From positions 30,123 through 94,122 of the IMG/VR virus record IMGVR_UViG_3300046518_000226: a stretch of DNA of 64,000 nt; one strand, 5' to 3'. This stretch comes from a virus. Under the pieces are notes generated by a model that saw only the letters and a list, made by a program, of their open reading frames with translations, was not told the origin of the DNA and searched no databases. Every line of letters begins with the position of its first letter. Positions within the stretch are counted from its first letter, which is position 1. The position numbers and the translations under genes were made by a program. Below, piece after piece: positions 27,492 through 35,888 of the stretch.

Positions 27492-28585
27492 AACTGACCC
27501 AGAAGCTTCTCGGCCTGCTGCACCGCGTCTTCGATCCTGACCCGGAGCAATTTCTTGCGCTGCGGATCCAGTACGATGGCGGCCTCACGTGGGATGTCAC
27601 CGATGGCGTGCTGACGACCAAGGTTGTCGGCGGCCCCGGCTCCGATCTGACCGTCGACCTCCTGAGCCTCACCCTCAGGCAGCTGATCTCCTTCATCGCT
27701 GCCCAGCCTGGCTATTCCATCCCGGGCGCAGCAAGCGGTAATGTGCTGTCCCTGTCCGCCCGGGTGCTGATCGACTCCTCGGGCGATATCGCTCTGTCGA
27801 ATGGCGATCACCTCTACGCCTACACCAGCCTGACATGGGCGTTCCTGGAGCCTGCCGCCGTCGAGCTGAAGGCCGCCAAGGCGCAGATCCCGCAGGCAAT
27901 CCGGCAGATGAGCATCCTCACCGCAGAGGATGCCTGGATCGACGAGCTGGGTGAGTTCTATGGCGTCAAGCGGCAGCAGGGCGAGAACGACGCCAGCTAC
28001 GGCCCGCGCATCATCGCCGAAGTAGTTCGGCCGCGGGCAAACAACGTCGCCATGGAAGCGGCGATCAGCTACTACACTGGGCAGAAGACCAAGGTCACCG
28101 ACGTCGTCGAGTACGGCGATGCCGTGCCGACCTACAATTCCATTCTCCGCCACGACTCCGCCCATACCTATTCGACCGAGTATTATTTGCGCTACGGGCT
28201 GTTCGACGTGGAGTATGGCTACGATCTTCTGAGCGGCGATGACCAGCAGGAATTTGCCGATCGCGTTCGCTTGATCATCGAGCGGCTGCGGGCTGCCGGT
28301 ACCCATCTGCGCGCGCTGTCGCTGAAGGCCGGTTCAATCCGTGACACGCTCACCCCGCCAACGGACGGAGCGGTAAACTGGATCGTCCGACCAGGCCTCA
28401 TTGATCAGTTCGCGGGAGCGAGCGATGACCTAGCAGGTCGGCTGGCGCTCTCCACCTTTACCGACGCGCTCACCCAGCCGGAGGATTCAACCGTTCTGAC
28501 AATCAACTTCGGCTACACCTACAACTCCCAGCGCTTCCGGAACAGCAAGATCAACTATCAGGGCGGCCTGACGGTCAATGAGTAG
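27488..28585 (+). CDS. Baseplate wedge (gpI-like) protein
   Basis: WIDELGEFYGVKR..ENDASY, RAAGT. Confidence 0.7.
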   Translation: MKLTQKLLGLLHRVFDPDPEQFLALRIQYDGGLTWDVTDGVLTTKVVGGPGSDLTVDLLSLTLRQLISFIAAQPGYSIPGAASGNVLSLSARVLIDSSGDIALSNGDHLYAYTSLTWAFLEPAAVELKAAKAQIPQAIRQMSILTAEDAWIDELGEFYGVKRQQGENDASYGPRIIAEVVRPRANNVAMEAAISYYTGQKTKVTDVVEYGDAVPTYNSILRHDSAHTYSTEYYLRYGLFDVEYGYDLLSGDDQQEFADRVRLIIERLRAAGTHLRALSLKAGSIRDTLTPPTDGAVNWIVRPGLIDQFAGASDDLAGRLALSTFTDALTQPEDSTVLTINFGYTYNSQRFRNSKINYQGGLTVNE

Positions 28586-28598
28586 GTCTGCCGTGCGT

Positions 28599-28612
28599 CG
28601 TGACACCACTAT
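28599..28612 (+). promoter_or_regulatory. Late promoter-like motif
   Basis: CGTGAC AC CACTAT. Confidence 0.65.
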
Positions 28613-28641
28613 CGTGGCTACGACATACGCGCAGGCCTTTT

Positions 28642-29091
28642 ATGACCACTCTCATCGACAACTTCGAAGGCAAGCCGACCGGCCACTTCTCGCTCGACAT
28701 CTTTGTCGCGGGTGTGCTGGTCGAGCATTTTGAAGAACGCAACCTGATCGTCGACAACTCGAAGCAGATCCACGCTAAGCTGCTCGGCGGCGCATTCACC
28801 GGGCAGAACATTGCCCAGATCGGGTTCGGCACGAACGGCACGGCTCCGGCCGGCGGCAACACGGCGCTCACTGGCGCCTACACGAAAGCCGTCGACGCGA
28901 CCTCCTACCCGGCGACCAACCAGGTGCAGTTCAACTTCAGCCTATCGGCATCCGAGAACAACGGGATGGCGATCATGGAATTCGGGCTCTTTACGGCAGG
29001 CGGCGCGCTCTACGCCCGCAAAGTCCGCAGTGCAGCTCTCAATAAAGATACCGACGTCTCGCTGAGCGGGTCGTGGATCATCTCCTTCTAA
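28642..29091 (+). CDS. Tail fibre attachment/baseplate protein
   Basis: NLIVD, IGFGT, IMEFGLF, W-ISF. Confidence 0.7.
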   Translation: MTTLIDNFEGKPTGHFSLDIFVAGVLVEHFEERNLIVDNSKQIHAKLLGGAFTGQNIAQIGFGTNGTAPAGGNTALTGAYTKAVDATSYPATNQVQFNFSLSASENNGMAIMEFGLFTAGGALYARKVRSAALNKDTDVSLSGSWIISF

Positions 29092-29100
29092 GGTAATCCC

Positions 29101-30663
29101 ATGGCAAATCAGCCGGAAGTTGTCCAGTACGATGCTGGTATTTATCAGATCGAGATCGTTGACCCCGTCGACGGTGGTGTCGGCTCGAAGACCAACGCAC
29201 CACTGCTGGGGCTTGCGAACCGTACCGCCTGGCTGAAAAAGCACGTCGACGACCTCGAAAGCGGCGCGCTCGTGCCCGAAGGCTTGGCGCCGAAGAACTC
29301 CCCGCAGCTGACTGGCTCGCCGACCGCGCCTACGCAGGCTGTTGGCGACACCAGCACCAAGCTGGCGAACGATGAGTTCGTCAATCGGGCAGTGAACGGC
29401 GTCGCGACCGTGAACGTAGCAGGCGGTGTAAACGTCACGCTTACCCAGGCGCAGTACGGCTTCCCGATCATTCTTCTGACCGGTGCCATTACAGCGAACA
29501 TCGCTGTTGTGTTCCCCAGCCAAGCGGGCAAGTGGCTGGTCGTGAACGCGACCACAGGCGCTTTCACTATCACCTGCAAGACGGCAGCTGGAGGCGGCAC
29601 CGTTGTTACTTCGGGTAGAAGCAGCAAAGTCTGGTGCGACGGAAGCAACATTCAGCTTCAGCAGACCGACTTCATCAGCCCTGCACTGCTCGGCACACCA
29701 ACCACTCCGACCGCTGCGCCTGGCACAAACACCGAGCAGGTCGCCAGCACCGCGTTCGTTCAGGCTGGCCTGGCAGGGAAGCAGAACGGGCTCGGCTTCA
29801 CCCCGGTTCAGCAGGGTACTGGCGTCGGGCAGTTGGCCAACACCGTCAAGATTGGCTGGAGTGCGGCCGGAAAGCTGAAGGCAACTGTTGATTCAAGCGA
29901 CCAGGGCAATTTGGCCCTTGAGGCATCGCCAGCCTTTACTGGCACCCCGACTGCACCAACAGCTGCGCGTTTCGCCACTGGTGGGCAGCTGGTGAACGTG
30001 GACGCGATGAAGGCTCGGGGTCACGAGTTCAGCACTTATAACGTGCTGACCAGCAGCGCCACACTTACCAGTGCGCACGTTGGCGCCATGAACGCCATCA
30101 ACAACTCGGGTGGGCAAACCTTTTACTTGCCACCGGCGAACTCGGTGTCTCAAGGCGCCTCGATCACCATCTACAACGTCTCTGGTCAAACCACGTCGTG
30201 CGCGATTTCACGCCAGGGTGCTGACACTCTGTGGGGCCTCTTTGTTGGCAACCAGACCAGCGGGCATGCCGCAATCACTATCCGCGGCGGCGACTCCGTC
30301 ACGTTCACATCCATCGGCGCCACGGTTTGGGTTGTCAGCTCCGGCCAAATGGCGAGCTTCATCGACAGCACATTCGCCTACCAGCGGTCCCTGGGCGCGA
30401 ATGGATGGCAGAAGCTGCCAGGCGGCACAATTATTCAGTGGGGCGGTGGCCTTTCCGGCAACGATGGGCAGGTGTGGATCAACTTCCCTACCGCGTTCCC
30501 GAACGCCTGCCTGGGATTCATTTGCAGTCCGCGGTGGAACAGTCCGGCTTATTCACTCACTTGCGGCGTCAACCAGCGAAGTAATTCGCAGGCTTTGGTT
30601 TACTCGAACTACAACGCAGCCCCAATTTCAATTGGTTTCGATTGGATGGCTACCGGCTACTAA
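29101..30663 (+). CDS. Tail fibre protein
   Basis: LANRTAWLK, SPxLTGxPTAPT repeats, NGWQKLPGGTIIQWG C-terminal domain. Confidence 0.9.
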   Translation: MANQPEVVQYDAGIYQIEIVDPVDGGVGSKTNAPLLGLANRTAWLKKHVDDLESGALVPEGLAPKNSPQLTGSPTAPTQAVGDTSTKLANDEFVNRAVNGVATVNVAGGVNVTLTQAQYGFPIILLTGAITANIAVVFPSQAGKWLVVNATTGAFTITCKTAAGGGTVVTSGRSSKVWCDGSNIQLQQTDFISPALLGTPTTPTAAPGTNTEQVASTAFVQAGLAGKQNGLGFTPVQQGTGVGQLANTVKIGWSAAGKLKATVDSSDQGNLALEASPAFTGTPTAPTAARFATGGQLVNVDAMKARGHEFSTYNVLTSSATLTSAHVGAMNAINNSGGQTFYLPPANSVSQGASITIYNVSGQTTSCAISRQGADTLWGLFVGNQTSGHAAITIRGGDSVTFTSIGATVWVVSSGQMASFIDSTFAYQRSLGANGWQKLPGGTIIQWGGGLSGNDGQVWINFPTAFPNACLGFICSPRWNSPAYSLTCGVNQRSNSQALVYSNYNAAPISIGFDWMATGY

Positions 30664-30675
30664 GGGGTTTAGAAA

Positions 30676-31095
30676 ATGTTCTATTCAGCTTCAACACCCG
30701 GCTTTTATAGCCGCGAGATCCATGGCGACAATATGCCAGATGACGCCGTTGAGATCACCGACGAACTCTATGCTGAGCTGTTCGAGGGCCAGTCAGCTGG
30801 CAAGCACATCGTGGCCGACAAGAAGGGACGCCCGATTTTGGTCGATCCTCCTCCACCATCAGCGGAAACCTTGGCGTTGATCGAGCGCGCCTGGCGCGAT
30901 GCGGAGCTGACTGCCACGGACGGCATCGTGGCGCGCCACCGGGATGAGATCGAGGTGAAGGCCAGTACCACGCTCACGGCCAAGCAGTATGTCCAGCTGC
31001 AAGGCTACCGGCAGGCGTTGCGGAGCTGGACAGAGGCTGAGGCTTTCCCGGCGAAGGAGTCCCGCCCAGAGGCTCCCGAGTGGCTTAATACTTAA
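30676..31095 (+). CDS. Tail fibre assembly chaperone
   Basis: MFYSAST.GFY, ERAWRD..L..TD, YRQALR.W, RP.APEWL. Confidence 0.85.
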   Translation: MFYSASTPGFYSREIHGDNMPDDAVEITDELYAELFEGQSAGKHIVADKKGRPILVDPPPPSAETLALIERAWRDAELTATDGIVARHRDEIEVKASTTLTAKQYVQLQGYRQALRSWTEAEAFPAKESRPEAPEWLNT

Positions 31096-31108
31096 TTAAA
31101 CCGCTCGT

Positions 31109-31122
31109 CGTGAGCAGACAAT
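31109..31122 (+). promoter_or_regulatory. Late promoter-like motif (variant)
   Basis: CGTGAG CA GACAAT. Confidence 0.55.
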
Positions 31123-31163
31123 AGTGTTGCCGCAATTTTGCAGCGACACTATTGGAATTCCTC

Positions 31164-31736
31164 ATGTCCGTAGACATCACAGTTGACATTGTTTACTTCA
31201 CCACCGGTGGCAAAATCGAGAAGCTGACTGACGGCACCGTCTCGGTTCAAACCACCTCGCCGGTCGGCCCTGGCGCCGAGTTCCTGCTTCGTCCGGATGG
31301 CCGGATCACAGTCGGCGCGAATACCCTCGCGACCCAAGCCTACGTCGACAGCAAGGTCGGCACCGGTGGCGGCACCACTCCTACTGACCCCGGCACCCCG
31401 GCTCCGGTAGCGTGGGTTTTCCCATCTCCGCTGAACGGCTGGGGCAGCCACCCGGTGACCACCAGTGAGCCGCGCGACCGTGTTAGCTACCGCAAGGTCG
31501 GAAACACGCTTGAGTTCAACGGCGACCTGATGAGCACTGGCGTCACCGCGCCGGGTACTCTGATGTTCACCCTGCCGTCCGGCAATCGACCAGCCACTGG
31601 CGTGAAGACGCTGCTCGTGGCCGCCAACGGTGAAGCCGGCGTGATCAAGGTCTACCCGAACGGCAACGTGATCTACGCGGCCGGCCCGGTTGGTGGCTAC
31701 GTCTCGCTCAATGGCGTCTCGTTCCCGCTGGATTGA
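31164..31736 (+). CDS. Short fibre/receptor-binding-like protein
   Basis: ATQAYVD, Pro/Gly linker, LNGW..YRKVG..FTLPSGNRP..SLNGVSF head domain. Confidence 0.65.
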   Translation: MSVDITVDIVYFTTGGKIEKLTDGTVSVQTTSPVGPGAEFLLRPDGRITVGANTLATQAYVDSKVGTGGGTTPTDPGTPAPVAWVFPSPLNGWGSHPVTTSEPRDRVSYRKVGNTLEFNGDLMSTGVTAPGTLMFTLPSGNRPATGVKTLLVAANGEAGVIKVYPNGNVIYAAGPVGGYVSLNGVSFPLD

Positions 31737-31799
31737 TCCACCTCGCGCCACGGATGGCGCTCCTACCACCCGTCAGGCCCGGCATGGGCGCCATGTCGT

Positions 31800-31813
31800 C
31801 GTGACATCAACCT
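31800..31813 (+). promoter_or_regulatory. Late promoter-like motif (lysis cassette)
   Basis: CGTGAC AT CAACCT. Confidence 0.6.
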
Positions 31814-31844
31814 CCGCTTAGTCACTCAACAAAGCGGACGCCCC

Positions 31845-32153
31845 ATGACTTCCTTCAAACGTACCAAAGCACTCGCCGACAAGTCGGCCTGGATGCTGAT
31901 GATCCCCTCGATCATCGCCCTCTGCTTCATCGATATGTCGATGCTCAAGACGCTGCTGCAGTGGCTCGTGTTCGCGCCTGTGCTAGCCGGCGTGGCGGTG
32001 ATCGTCAGCCGCATCGTGTTTCCGCAGATCCACCTGTCCACGCTGGTGGAGCAGACCGAGGAGGGCAATACCGCCGCAGGCATCCTCGCGAGCGCGCTGG
32101 TGCTGTTCGTCGCGCTGATCGTCCTCGCCCTTGTGATGTGGGCGAAAGCCTGA
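31845..32153 (+). CDS. Holin-like membrane protein (3 TM)
   Basis: Hydrophobic; directly upstream of endolysin. Confidence 0.65.
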   Translation: MTSFKRTKALADKSAWMLMIPSIIALCFIDMSMLKTLLQWLVFAPVLAGVAVIVSRIVFPQIHLSTLVEQTEEGNTAAGILASALVLFVALIVLALVMWAKA

Positions 32154-32860
32154 TGAAGCGGCTCCTGCTCACTCTGATGGCGCAGGTCGTGCTGTCCGCG
32201 CCGGCCGCCGCTGTCGACGCCGTTCCGGCTCGTGCGACCCAGTATCTGCCAACCCTGGTAGGCGCTCAGCGCTCGATCTGGCCGGACGCGCCGATGCCGT
32301 CGTTCCTGGCGGCGCAGGTTGAGCAGGAGTCCTGCATCTCGCTGAAGCACTCCAAGTGCTGGAACCCGACCGCGCAGCTGAAGACCTCCCGCGAGTGGGG
32401 GCGTGGCCTCGGCCAGGTCACCACCGCCTATCGTGCCGATGGATCGGTGCGGTTCGACAAACAGGAGGAGCTGCGCCAGCAGTTCGCCTCCCTGAGCGGG
32501 TGGACGACTGCCAAGTGGGCTGACCCGACCTACCAGCTCACCGCCATCGTCGAGATGGACAAGTCGATCTACCGCCGCCAGCGCGACGCCGCCACCGACC
32601 GCGACCGCCTCTCCTTCACGCTGTCCGCCTACAACGGCGGCGAAGGTGGCGTGCTCCAAGACCGGCGCCTGTGTGCCAACACCAAGGGCTGCGACCCGTC
32701 CCGCTGGGCTGGGCACGTTGAGCGCACCAGTCTGAAAAGCAGAGTCGCCAAGAAGGGCTACGGCCAGTCCTTCTTCCATATCAACCGGGAGTACGTCACC
32801 AACGTTCTGGATGTACGTCGGCCCAAATACGAACCTTATTTCAGGGCTGGGCCTAAATGA
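32153..32860 (+). CDS. Endolysin, lytic transglycosylase with signal peptide
   Basis: AAQVEQES, GLGQ, SAYNGG, NREYV; N-terminal signal ending AAA. Confidence 0.85.
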   Translation: MKRLLLTLMAQVVLSAPAAAVDAVPARATQYLPTLVGAQRSIWPDAPMPSFLAAQVEQESCISLKHSKCWNPTAQLKTSREWGRGLGQVTTAYRADGSVRFDKQEELRQQFASLSGWTTAKWADPTYQLTAIVEMDKSIYRRQRDAATDRDRLSFTLSAYNGGEGGVLQDRRLCANTKGCDPSRWAGHVERTSLKSRVAKKGYGQSFFHINREYVTNVLDVRRPKYEPYFRAGPK

Positions 32861-33081
32861 CTATTGAGCGCGCTGAGTTCAAAGAACTCGAAGACACCGT
32901 TCAGACGACTGATCGCAATGTCATCCGCTTGCAGGAGCAGATGTCAACCATGCAAAAGAAGATCGACGACCTTGTGTCTCGGGCTGAATTTGCACCCGTC
33001 AAACTGATTGCCTACGGGTTAGCCACAGCAGTTGGCTCATCGGTTATCATGGCAATTTTAGCCAAGGTAATCATCAAATGA
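32857..33081 (+). CDS. Coiled-coil plus C-terminal TM protein (holin/antiholin-like)
   Basis: 74 aa within lysis cassette. Confidence 0.6.
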   Translation: MTIERAEFKELEDTVQTTDRNVIRLQEQMSTMQKKIDDLVSRAEFAPVKLIAYGLATAVGSSVIMAILAKVIIK

Positions 33082-33536
33082 ATATTCAGCTGGGTGTGCG
33101 AGACCGGGCCATTATTGGCGCGGGTCTCTACCTCGGGTTTCTATTCGTTTCAATCATCGTCCTCGGGTGGCTGATCCTGATCGGCGGAAACCCTCTCAAG
33201 GTGAACAACCTCGGTGTGGTCAGTGCAACTGGGTACCCGAACGAGAAATTCCACGTCGGTGACATCGCCGGGATCAAGAGGCAGGTTTGCTCCGAGCAAA
33301 CGCTAGCGGTCGAATTCTTCCCGGGCCTGCGGGACTCCCGCGGCTTCTTGTTCCCGCTCCCGGGCGGCATGGTCGAGGTCGCCAGCGGCTGCCACGACAC
33401 GGTCTACGGCTTCATCGTCCCGGATCTGCCGCCCGGTGAATACACCTACGTCAACGCCATCAAATTCCAGAACAACCTGGTGGGGCGCGACGAGGCAGCA
33501 ACCTTCCCGCCCATTCGAGTCAGGATCATGCGATGA
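33078..33536 (+). CDS. Membrane-anchored periplasmic protein (antiholin-like?)
   Basis: N-terminal TM, two Cys. Confidence 0.55.
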   Translation: MNIQLGVRDRAIIGAGLYLGFLFVSIIVLGWLILIGGNPLKVNNLGVVSATGYPNEKFHVGDIAGIKRQVCSEQTLAVEFFPGLRDSRGFLFPLPGGMVEVASGCHDTVYGFIVPDLPPGEYTYVNAIKFQNNLVGRDEAATFPPIRVRIMR

Positions 33537-33958
33537 GCCTTGTGACCGATATCGCGCTTGGCACGGCCAAGCAGTCTCTCTTGCCGTGGTTCATCCTCGC
33601 CGGCGTGCTCGCCCTCGGCTCGGCCGGCGCAGCTGGCATGTATGGCGGCTACGAGATCGCCAATGCGCGCTATGCCAAGGAGCGTGCGGCACTCCAGGAC
33701 GCTCAGCTCGAAGCGCTTAACGCGAAGAACGAAGCCCTGGCCCAGGCCAACAAGCGCGGCGACGACGTGGCGATCAACTTCCTTGCTGCGCTGAAGGACA
33801 TCAGGGTCGTCAACACCACCATCACCAACGAGGTGCGCAAGGAGACTGAGAAGCTGGTCTACACCGACTGCAAGCTCCCCGACAGCGGCGCCGACCTGCT
33901 CAAGAAGAACGTGGACGCAGTGAACTTGCGCCTGCTCGGAAAGGGGAAAGCGAAGTGA
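33533..33958 (+). CDS. i-spanin (Rz-like)
   Basis: N-terminal TM, coiled coil, C-terminal Cys. Confidence 0.75.
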   Translation: MSLVTDIALGTAKQSLLPWFILAGVLALGSAGAAGMYGGYEIANARYAKERAALQDAQLEALNAKNEALAQANKRGDDVAINFLAALKDIRVVNTTITNEVRKETEKLVYTDCKLPDSGADLLKKNVDAVNLRLLGKGKAK

Positions 33959-34209
33959 GAATTTTGGCACTGGCCATCGCCCTGATGCTGGGCGGGTGTG
34001 GTACGACCTACCAGGTGCGCGTCGACGCGGATCGAGCCCAGGTAGACCCAGCGGTGTCGGAGGTCTGCGACATTGTCCCTGAGGCGCCGCCACGTAAATC
34101 GTCGTTTGGCACCGTCTACGAGTTCGGCAACAAGATGGTGCTGCTGTATGGCGAGTGCGCGATCCGAGACCGCGCGAAGTACGATTGGATCAAGAGCCAG
34201 GGCCACTAG
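33955..34209 (+). CDS. o-spanin lipoprotein (Rz1-like)
   Basis: Lipobox LGGC; YGECAIR. Confidence 0.75.
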   Translation: MRILALAIALMLGGCGTTYQVRVDADRAQVDPAVSEVCDIVPEAPPRKSSFGTVYEFGNKMVLLYGECAIRDRAKYDWIKSQGH

Positions 34210-34439
34210 CGCCTGACGTGCCGCGCCTTCTGCTCATCGGCCGTCTGGCAGCTGGTGCACAGCTTGCAGCCCCACTGGCGGCGCTCCGCTGGCATATCCA
34301 GCCCGCAATCATCGTTCGAGCAAAATTCAGGCCCGTAGCCGGCATCACCCGGGGCGTATTCCACCGCCGGGGGCCGTAGGGCGTTGTTGGCTTCCTGCTG
34401 CCGCAGGTCGAGCGCCTGCGCAAAATCTTCCGGTGTCAT
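34206..34439 (-). CDS. TraR/DksA C4 zinc-finger protein
   Basis: ED.AQ N-terminus; C...CG..MP.ERR..GC.LC..CQ. Confidence 0.8.
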   Translation of the reverse strand: MTPEDFAQALDLRQQEANNALRPPAVEYAPGDAGYGPEFCSNDDCGLDMPAERRQWGCKLCTSCQTADEQKARHVRR

Positions 34440-34490
34440 GGTTCGTTGCTCATAAAAATGAGCGCCGGGGGATCCGGCGCTCTCAGGTGG

Positions 34491-34504
34491 ATTTTGGTGT
34501 CACG
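34491..34504 (-). promoter_or_regulatory. Late promoter-like motif (traR-like gene)
   Basis: CGTGAC AC CAAAAT. Confidence 0.6.
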
Positions 34505-34509
34505 TCAGC

Positions 34510-35820
34510 TCAGGCAGCCAGCTTGAACGCAATCAGCTTCGGGTCGGTCAGCATCTCGTCGAGCCAGTCCGACCACTTCGCCATCGCTGCACGCATCTGC
34601 GGGAGGTAGTCGGCCCGATCGTAGTTCTTCGAGCCCGTGTCGCTCTTGGCGTGCTGCTGGATCAGGTCGCGAGTGAAGCGGTCGACGCCGGCGTCATGGG
34701 AGCGGGACTTCCACGTGCGCCGCAGGTCGCGGGTCTGGAAGTGATCCATGCTCACCTCAGGGCTGTTCAGCCAGCGGCCGATCGCTTGGTTGATGCTGCG
34801 ATGCGCCATCAAGCCGCCGACACCGACGAACTGCCCCTCATTGTTGGTGCGGGCTGGGAACAGCGGGCCGTCGCCATGCTCAAGGATCAGGTCGCGCAGG
34901 ATCGGCAGCACCTGCCGTGGCAGTGGGATCGTGTGGGGCAGCTTGCGGCCCTTGGTCTTGTGCGCAGGCATCTTCCAGAGCGCGGCATCGAGGTCGATAT
35001 CGGCGCCGTCGATCCGTAGCGTCTCCTGAACGCGCTGGCCGCATCCGATCAGCAAACGGATGCAGGCGGCCACCTCAGGCGAGAAATGCGCTGCGCCGGG
35101 CTCAGCGGCGGCCCACAGCTTGCGCAGCTCGGCCTTGTCGAGGTTCCGGTCGCGAGTTTTGATCGCGCCGGAATCCTTCGCCACGACGGCTGCGGGGTTG
35201 AGCTGGATGCCCCAGTCCTGCCGAGCCTCGGCGGTGTAGTCGTTCGCCGACCGCATCGCCCACGTGTAGGCCGAGGCGATGTAGCTGCGGGCCTTGTCGG
35301 CGGCGCCTCGGTACCCGGCGATGTAGAACTGCGACACGTAGTTCACCACGTCGATCGGAGCCACGTCGCAGGCTTTGCGATCGCGGCCGAGGGCGTCGGC
35401 GGCGTTGTTCTTCGCCAGCAGCAGGACGCGGTTCACTTCCTCGGCGCTAGCCCGGTTCTTGGCCCGCATGCTCGCCACGTAGCCCTCGAACATCATCCCC
35501 ACGGTTGCGGTTTTCGGGGCCTCCTTCGCGGCCGGCTGAGGCTTCTTGTCTGCGGCCGGGTCGCCACCCTCGGCAACCTCGGCGAACTTCTTGCGCGCCA
35601 GCTCGCGGGCCTTCTCGGGCGGCATGTCGCTGCAGCGGGCGAGCGTCAGTTTCCGCTGGGTCTTGCTGGCGTCGTTGGTGCGGTACCGGATGATGTACGT
35701 CTTCCGGCCGCTGTACTGAACGCGAACGCCGAAGCCCTCGACCTCGCTGTCCCAGAGCCACGTGTCACCCTTTGCAGGGGCCTTCGTATTATCCACAAGC
35801 GTCTTCGTTAGCTTCGGCAT
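34510..35820 (-). CDS. int: Tyrosine integrase with arm-binding N-terminal domain
   Basis: WDSEVEGFGVRV..SGRK; catalytic GQR, KTK, RDLRRT (HxxR variant), QH, NYD. Confidence 0.95.
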   Translation of the reverse strand: MPKLTKTLVDNTKAPAKGDTWLWDSEVEGFGVRVQYSGRKTYIIRYRTNDASKTQRKLTLARCSDMPPEKARELARKKFAEVAEGGDPAADKKPQPAAKEAPKTATVGMMFEGYVASMRAKNRASAEEVNRVLLLAKNNAADALGRDRKACDVAPIDVVNYVSQFYIAGYRGAADKARSYIASAYTWAMRSANDYTAEARQDWGIQLNPAAVVAKDSGAIKTRDRNLDKAELRKLWAAAEPGAAHFSPEVAACIRLLIGCGQRVQETLRIDGADIDLDAALWKMPAHKTKGRKLPHTIPLPRQVLPILRDLILEHGDGPLFPARTNNEGQFVGVGGLMAHRSINQAIGRWLNSPEVSMDHFQTRDLRRTWKSRSHDAGVDRFTRDLIQQHAKSDTGSKNYDRADYLPQMRAAMAKWSDWLDEMLTDPKLIAFKLAA

Positions 35821-35888
35821 ATTGGCGCACTCATCGTCGAGGAGCGCCAGGCTGGAGGGCCAGTCTGGTACTCAGTTGCGGCCAGCGA

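Noticed and set aside
29101-31736. DGR or invertible tail-fibre switch
   Set aside because: No reverse transcriptase, invertase, template repeat or inverted crossover sites seen
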